Program-made: the position numbers and the translations under genes | In this document: in pieces, positions 52,870 to 64,000 of the stretch | Layout of the letters: each line of letters starts with the position of its first letter | Numbering within the stretch: position 1 is the stretch's first letter | Assembly (NCBI RefSeq): GCF_009914755.1 | Contig: NC_060941.1 | DNA: 64,000 nucleotides | Reading direction: 5' to 3' (one strand) | Source: the human T2T-CHM13v2.0 reference genome, Homo sapiens | The notes under the pieces: generated by a model | The model's database searches: none | What the model was told of the DNA's origin: nothing | The model's input: only the letters and a program-made list of their open reading frames with translations

Positions 52870-52875
52870 AATAAA
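52870..52875 (+). terminator. PSME3: PSME3 distal polyA signal AATAAA (proximal ATTAAA at 52348-52353)
   Basis: Canonical hexamer ending a ~2.2 kb Alu-free 3'UTR. Confidence 0.8.
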
Positions 52876-53690
52876 GTTTCCTCATCTTCCACCTTGCAAG
52901 TAGCCTTCTGGTTTCCAATGATCCCCTCGTTGTCTCTGTAAAAAGAGTTTAAGGTCTTGAACAATGGAGGAGCAGCTGCTCTGTTCTGTTTCAGAGATGA
53001 CTACCAAAAGCTAGCGGTTTGTGAGTGCCTCCCCTGTGCCAGGCTGTTAAGTACCTAATGTGCATGATCACATTTAATCTTCAGGAATCTATAGGATAGT
53101 TGTATCTATTTGTTACAGATGAGGACACTGAGACTCAGGATAAGTATTTCCGCTAAGGTTACACAGCTGAGGGAACTGGGATTGGTGGACAAACCTGATT
53201 ACTAAGCCCAGGCCCTCAGCCACTCCACTGGTTGGAAATGGCCTGACTACAAATCAAGGGCTTGGCATTAGGCAACAAGTAGAATTCAGTGCTTACTGCT
53301 GAACATGGCAGTGAATCCTGGAGCTGTTGGGATGCAGTTCCTGCCAGGAGGTAGGAAAATGGACAGCTTAGTGCTTGCATGCAGGCTGCAGAACTTAATT
53401 GGGCATCTGAGGTTTGTACTCTTCCTGAGACCCATTCCAGGTGGAAACTGGAGGTTAGCATCGTTAACCCAGATTCCCTTTCATCTGGTCTAAATGATGG
53501 AAATCAGTAGTTGGTACTGACTGCTACCAGTGGGAGTTCAGGGGCAAGGAAGAGGCTATGCATGTGGAAGCAGTGCCCTGGGCCAAACCACAGGACAGAA
53601 AATTGGAACAGAATTACATAAATCAAGGTCAGAAATTTCCTGCCCAACCCATGGGGTGGAGTTTTCTCCCTTCCTATCCATCCTAGCGAA

Positions 53691-53696
53691 TATAAA
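53691..53696 (+). promoter_or_regulatory. AOC2: Candidate TATA box of AOC2
   Basis: TATAAA 75 nt upstream of the CCACCATG start in a non-CpG-island promoter. Confidence 0.5.
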
Positions 53697-53765
53697 CCCC
53701 GACTTGATGTCAGTAACTGGAAGGAGCAGCTGTTAGAATTCTGATTTCAGCTCTCAGCATCCACC

Positions 53766-59488
<5,723 letters not shown>

Positions 59489-59827
59489 TCCTGAGGGTGT
59501 GGCGGGCGGCGTGGTTAGGCACATGTACTTTTCCCTGTTTCTACTTTCTATTCTCCGTGTTTTTATCACACCTGCTCCCCAGATTCCCACCCCCTCAATG
59601 TTCCTCTCACACGAAACCCCCATCAGTCCCTTTGGTTAATTCTTACTTCCTGTTCATCTCTAAAGTGTTAAATTATAAAAATGATTTTTAAATATTCAAA
59701 GAAAAATATCACAAATCCTACTACTCAGAAATAGGTGGTCACATTACATCAGACATCTCTTTATGCATGTGCATTCAAAAGGAAGAGTAGATAGAATTTT
59801 GTAAAACAGATGTTGTATGTAATTTAT

Positions 59828-59833
59828 AATAAA
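59828..59833 (+). terminator. AOC2: AOC2 polyA signal AATAAA
   Basis: Canonical hexamer 340 nt after the stop, followed by T-rich sequence. Confidence 0.8.
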
Positions 59834-60483
59834 AAGTATTAGAGGAATTTTACTTGAATTTATTGTTTGACCTGTTAAGTATCTAGAGTCCTCTGGAGAA
59901 TACTAAGGAGTCTGGCCAGGGAAATTAGCGCTGGGGGCCAGAGGGCAAGGGGGATAGACCTGGCCAAGGAATGTCATTTGGAAAGCTAAAGGGGCAGGGG
60001 GTGGGGGTCTTTGGAAGGAAAACGATAGTTTGAAGTTACAGGAAAATATCTGGCCCTGACTAAGTGGGGGACTGGGGAAGAAGCTGGGCTGAGGTCAGGA
60101 GAGGCTGCTCTGCACAGATCCTGCTCCTTCCCAGTGCTGCATTATCTTGAAATTTTCCTTCCCCTTCCCCCTAGCCCCAACTCTCCCCAACTCCAACCCT
60201 GACCCAGAAAGTAGAGTGATTTGGAGGCTGGAAGACAAAACCATGTAAGGTCTGTGGAAATCACAGCTGTTCAGACCCGCCTCCAACCCCGGCCACCCCG
60301 CCCCCTTGCCCTAGCCTTCCTGTGTCCTTCCCACCCTTAGTCCCAGGCATCTGACTACCGGGAACCTCAGCCAGAGTCCGGGAGCCCCCCACCCCGTCCA
60401 GGAGCCAACAGAGCCCCCGTCTTGCTGGCGTGAGAATACATTGCTCTCCTTTGGTTGAATCAGCTGTCCCTCTTCGTGGGAAA

Positions 60484-63400
60484 ATGAACCAGAAGACAAT
60501 CCTCGTGCTCCTCATTCTGGCCGTCATCACCATCTTTGCCTTGGTTTGTGTCCTGCTGGTGGGCAGGGGTGGAGATGGGGGTGAACCCAGCCAGCTTCCC
60601 CATTGCCCCTCTGTATCTCCCAGTGCCCAGCCTTGGACACACCCTGGCCAGAGCCAGCTGTTTGCAGACCTGAGCCGAGAGGAGCTGACGGCTGTGATGC
60701 GCTTTCTGACCCAGCGGCTGGGGCCAGGGCTGGTGGATGCAGCCCAGGCCCGGCCCTCGGACAACTGTGTCTTCTCAGTGGAGTTGCAGCTGCCTCCCAA
60801 GGCTGCAGCCCTGGCTCACTTGGACAGGGGGAGCCCCCCACCTGCCCGGGAGGCACTGGCCATCGTCTTCTTTGGCAGGCAACCCCAGCCCAACGTGAGT
60901 GAGCTGGTGGTGGGGCCACTGCCTCACCCCTCCTACATGCGGGACGTGACTGTGGAGCGTCATGGAGGCCCCCTGCCCTATCACCGACGCCCCGTGCTGT
61001 TCCAAGAGTACCTGGACATAGACCAGATGATCTTCAACAGAGAGCTGCCCCAGGCTTCTGGGCTTCTCCACCACTGTTGCTTCTACAAGCACCGGGGACG
61101 GAACCTGGTGACAATGACCACGGCTCCCCGTGGTCTGCAATCAGGGGACCGGGCCACCTGGTTTGGCCTCTACTACAACATCTCGGGCGCTGGGTTCTTC
61201 CTGCACCACGTGGGCTTGGAGCTGCTAGTGAACCACAAGGCCCTTGACCCTGCCCGCTGGACTATCCAGAAGGTGTTCTATCAAGGCCGCTACTACGACA
61301 GCCTGGCCCAGCTGGAGGCCCAGTTTGAGGCCGGCCTGGTGAATGTGGTGCTGATCCCAGACAATGGCACAGGTGGGTCCTGGTCCCTGAAGTCCCCTGT
61401 GCCCCCGGGTCCAGCTCCCCCTCTACAGTTCTATCCCCAAGGCCCCCGCTTCAGTGTCCAGGGAAGTCGAGTGGCCTCCTCACTGTGGACTTTCTCCTTT
61501 GGCCTCGGAGCATTCAGTGGCCCAAGGATCTTTGACGTTCGCTTCCAAGGAGAAAGACTAGTTTATGAGATAAGCCTCCAAGAGGCCTTGGCCATCTATG
61601 GTGGAAATTCCCCAGCAGCAATGACGACCCGCTATGTGGATGGAGGCTTTGGCATGGGCAAGTACACCACGCCCCTGACCCGTGGGGTGGACTGCCCCTA
61701 CTTGGCCACCTACGTGGACTGGCACTTCCTTTTGGAGTCCCAGGCCCCCAAGACAATACGTGATGCCTTTTGTGTGTTTGAACAGAACCAGGGCCTCCCC
61801 CTGCGGCGACACCACTCAGATCTCTACTCGCACTACTTTGGGGGTCTTGCGGAAACGGTGCTGGTCGTCAGATCTATGTCCACCTTGCTCAACTATGACT
61901 ATGTGTGGGATACGGTCTTCCACCCCAGTGGGGCCATAGAAATACGATTCTATGCCACGGGCTACATCAGCTCGGCATTCCTCTTTGGTGCTACTGGGAA
62001 GTACGGGAACCAAGTGTCAGAGCACACCCTGGGCACGGTCCACACCCACAGCGCCCACTTCAAGGTGGATCTGGATGTAGCAGGTAAGACATTTTGGTGG
62101 GGAGAAGGCTTCTGGAGGAAGGGCTGAAAAGTTGTTTCCATTAGCTTTGGGTTTTATGTAGATTATCCCAGAAAGGAAGACGTGGATTTTTGTACTTCCC
62201 CTTTTGCTGGATGGGAGAGAGTTGGCTGCTGAGTTTTATTTGGATCTTAGCTCACTGGCTGGGTGCAAAGCTGCAGCCTTCCTCTACGTGACCTCATCCA
62301 AAGATCTTGGGAAATGGCCGAGCTCAGGGAGGAGGCAGGATTTGGGCTAACAGTGTCCCCATTGCCCTCTTCTCTCCCTTGTACTTATATGGGCTCTGCT
62401 GCTGGGAGCAGCCTTCTGTTTGTCAGCTCAGTTCTGTGTCTGGCCTGTGGTGGTGGTGTTTTGGAGGATCTCTTTGCATTCTACCACGTCCCTGGCATGT
62501 GCAGGTCAGTCATTCCAGGTTGTACATTTCCTTTGGAGATGGACCCTCCTCCCTGATTTTCCTTCTTTCTCTGGGCACAATTCACCTAAGTGTGAGGGGT
62601 CACATGGATCCCGTGGAGCATTCTGGATAGATCCTGGAGTCTGGTCACAGAGAGAGCCAAGGCTACATGATGGCTTGGAGTCTTCATCTTTGTCTTTTCA
62701 CTGTCTTTCCCCACATTGAGTCAGTCACCAGGTGTTTTTTTTTGGTTTTGTTTTATTTTGTTTTGTTTCTGTTTTGCACCTGCAGTATCTCGGCAGGTCA
62801 GACTGTCATGCCGTGCAGGTGCCAGCCCTCTCTCTGCTGTTTTTGCTCTTGTTGCTCTCAGAGCCAAGAGCCACTCTGCACCCAGAGGGCCTCCCATCCA
62901 CACCAGCCTGCCCTTTACTCAGCTCTCACTTTCGTCATCACCTGTGGGATCCTGTCTGCAGAACCCCCTCAAAACTCTTTCCTTCACGGTGCAGCTCCAC
63001 CCTGCCTTGCTGTGCTCTGCACAGCTACACCCAAATTCTCCATGTCCCTGGACACGCACTTCACATGTTACAGTCAGGCATCCTCCTGTTTGCTTATGCT
63101 TTGTCTCTGCTTAGAATGTCCTTCCATATCATCTTTTCTGGTAATGTCCTTTAAGGCCAGGCTGAAAAGTTGCCCGGAAGGGCCCCCTTTTCCTGCCTGC
63201 AACTGTATTCCTGTGATCCGGAAGTTGCCTAGGCCATGCTCCTCTCACAGGACAGGCCAGTCAGTGGTTTGTCTGTCTGCGTGGAAAGCAAGAGGGTAAG
63301 GATGATCATTCATCTCTATCCCCAGGGACGAGTACAGTCCTCTCTGCTAATGAATGTTGAAAGAATGAATGAGTGAAATGGAATGAACTCCCTGATGAAG

Positions 63401-63873
63401 TATTTTAATTTACAGGTCAACAGCTTTGGCTAAAGGATTGGAGGTATCCTGGGGAGAGGGAAGAGAAGGAGGGGCACACTCAGTTCTGGGCTGCTCTTTG
63501 GCCCCCACTCTGAAGCCAGATGGGGGCAGAGTCCAGAGGGGCCAGGGCAGTTGCCTGACAGGCCCTCCCCTATCCCACCCTGAGCAGGACTGGAGAACTG
63601 GGTCTGGGCCGAGGATATGGTCTTTGTCCCCATGGCTGTGCCCTGGAGCCCTGAGCACCAGCTGCAGAGGCTGCAGGTGACCCGGAAGCTGCTGGAGATG
63701 GAGGAGCAGGCCGCCTTCCTCGTGGGAAGCGCCACCCCTCGCTACCTGTACCTGGCCAGCAACCACAGCAACAAGTGGGGTCACCCCCGGGGCTACCGCA
63801 TCCAGATGCTCAGCTTTGCTGGAGAGCCGCTGCCCCAAAACAGCTCCATGGCGAGAGGCTTCAGCTGGGAGAG
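60484..63873 (+). CDS. AOC3: Amine oxidase copper-containing 3 (VAP-1/SSAO), exons 1-2; continues beyond the window
   Basis: Exon 1 60484-62083 ([26 protein letters not shown]...TLLNYDY, Tyr471 codon at 61894, ...HTH). Exon 2 63588-63873 is 286 nt, the same length and phase as AOC2 exon 2. Confidence 0.97.
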
Positions 63874-64000
63874 GTGAGTGGCGGGCAGTCAGAGAGGAGG
63901 GGGGCAGTGAGAGTGGGAAAGGAGTGTTGGCGGACACTCAGCTCACACTGTAGGTGAGGGGAGAGCTCTCTCAGGAAGGCTTTTCTTTTCCTTTTTTTTT

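Noticed and set aside
60430-60483. 18-aa N-terminal extension of AOC3 in the ORF track
   Set aside because: It starts at GTG. The ATG at 60484 (aaaATG) gives the known MNQKT start and places the topaquinone Tyr at 471.
62667-63299. 210-aa Cys/Ser/Leu-rich ORF in AOC3 intron 1
   Set aside because: Pyrimidine-rich, old-repeat-like intronic sequence with several overlapping open frames; no recognisable domain or exon structure.

Overview
This is human genomic DNA, recognisable from its translated exons as the 17q21.31 gene cluster. In order it holds the 3' part of WNK4 (+), COA3 (-), CNTD1 (+), BECN1 (-, with the mirtron MIR6781 in intron 1), PSME3 (+), AOC2 (+) and the first two exons of AOC3 (+). 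I rebuilt every coding exon by hand from splice sites and reading phase. The spliced lengths match the known proteins: COA3 106 aa, CNTD1 330 aa, BECN1 450 aa, PSME3 254 aa, AOC2 756 aa. Introns and spacers are dense in Alu, with L1/L2/MIR relics, an MLT1 LTR and several DNA-transposon fossils; most short ORFs in the supplied track are Alu artefacts. I found no evidence of a wholly new biological system. The best second-look items are: a sharply bounded ~400 bp, 92%-identical tract shared by AOC2 and AOC3 (candidate gene conversion); a U12-type intron in COA3; a strong-Kozak uORF, a GC-AG intron and a mirtron in BECN1; a WNK4 last exon that contributes only the stop codon; back-to-back opposite-strand polyA signals for CNTD1 and BECN1; a 396-codon antisense ORF over WNK4; and a long-range stem in the PSME3 3'UTR. 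Repeat boundaries and subfamily names are by eye and approximate.
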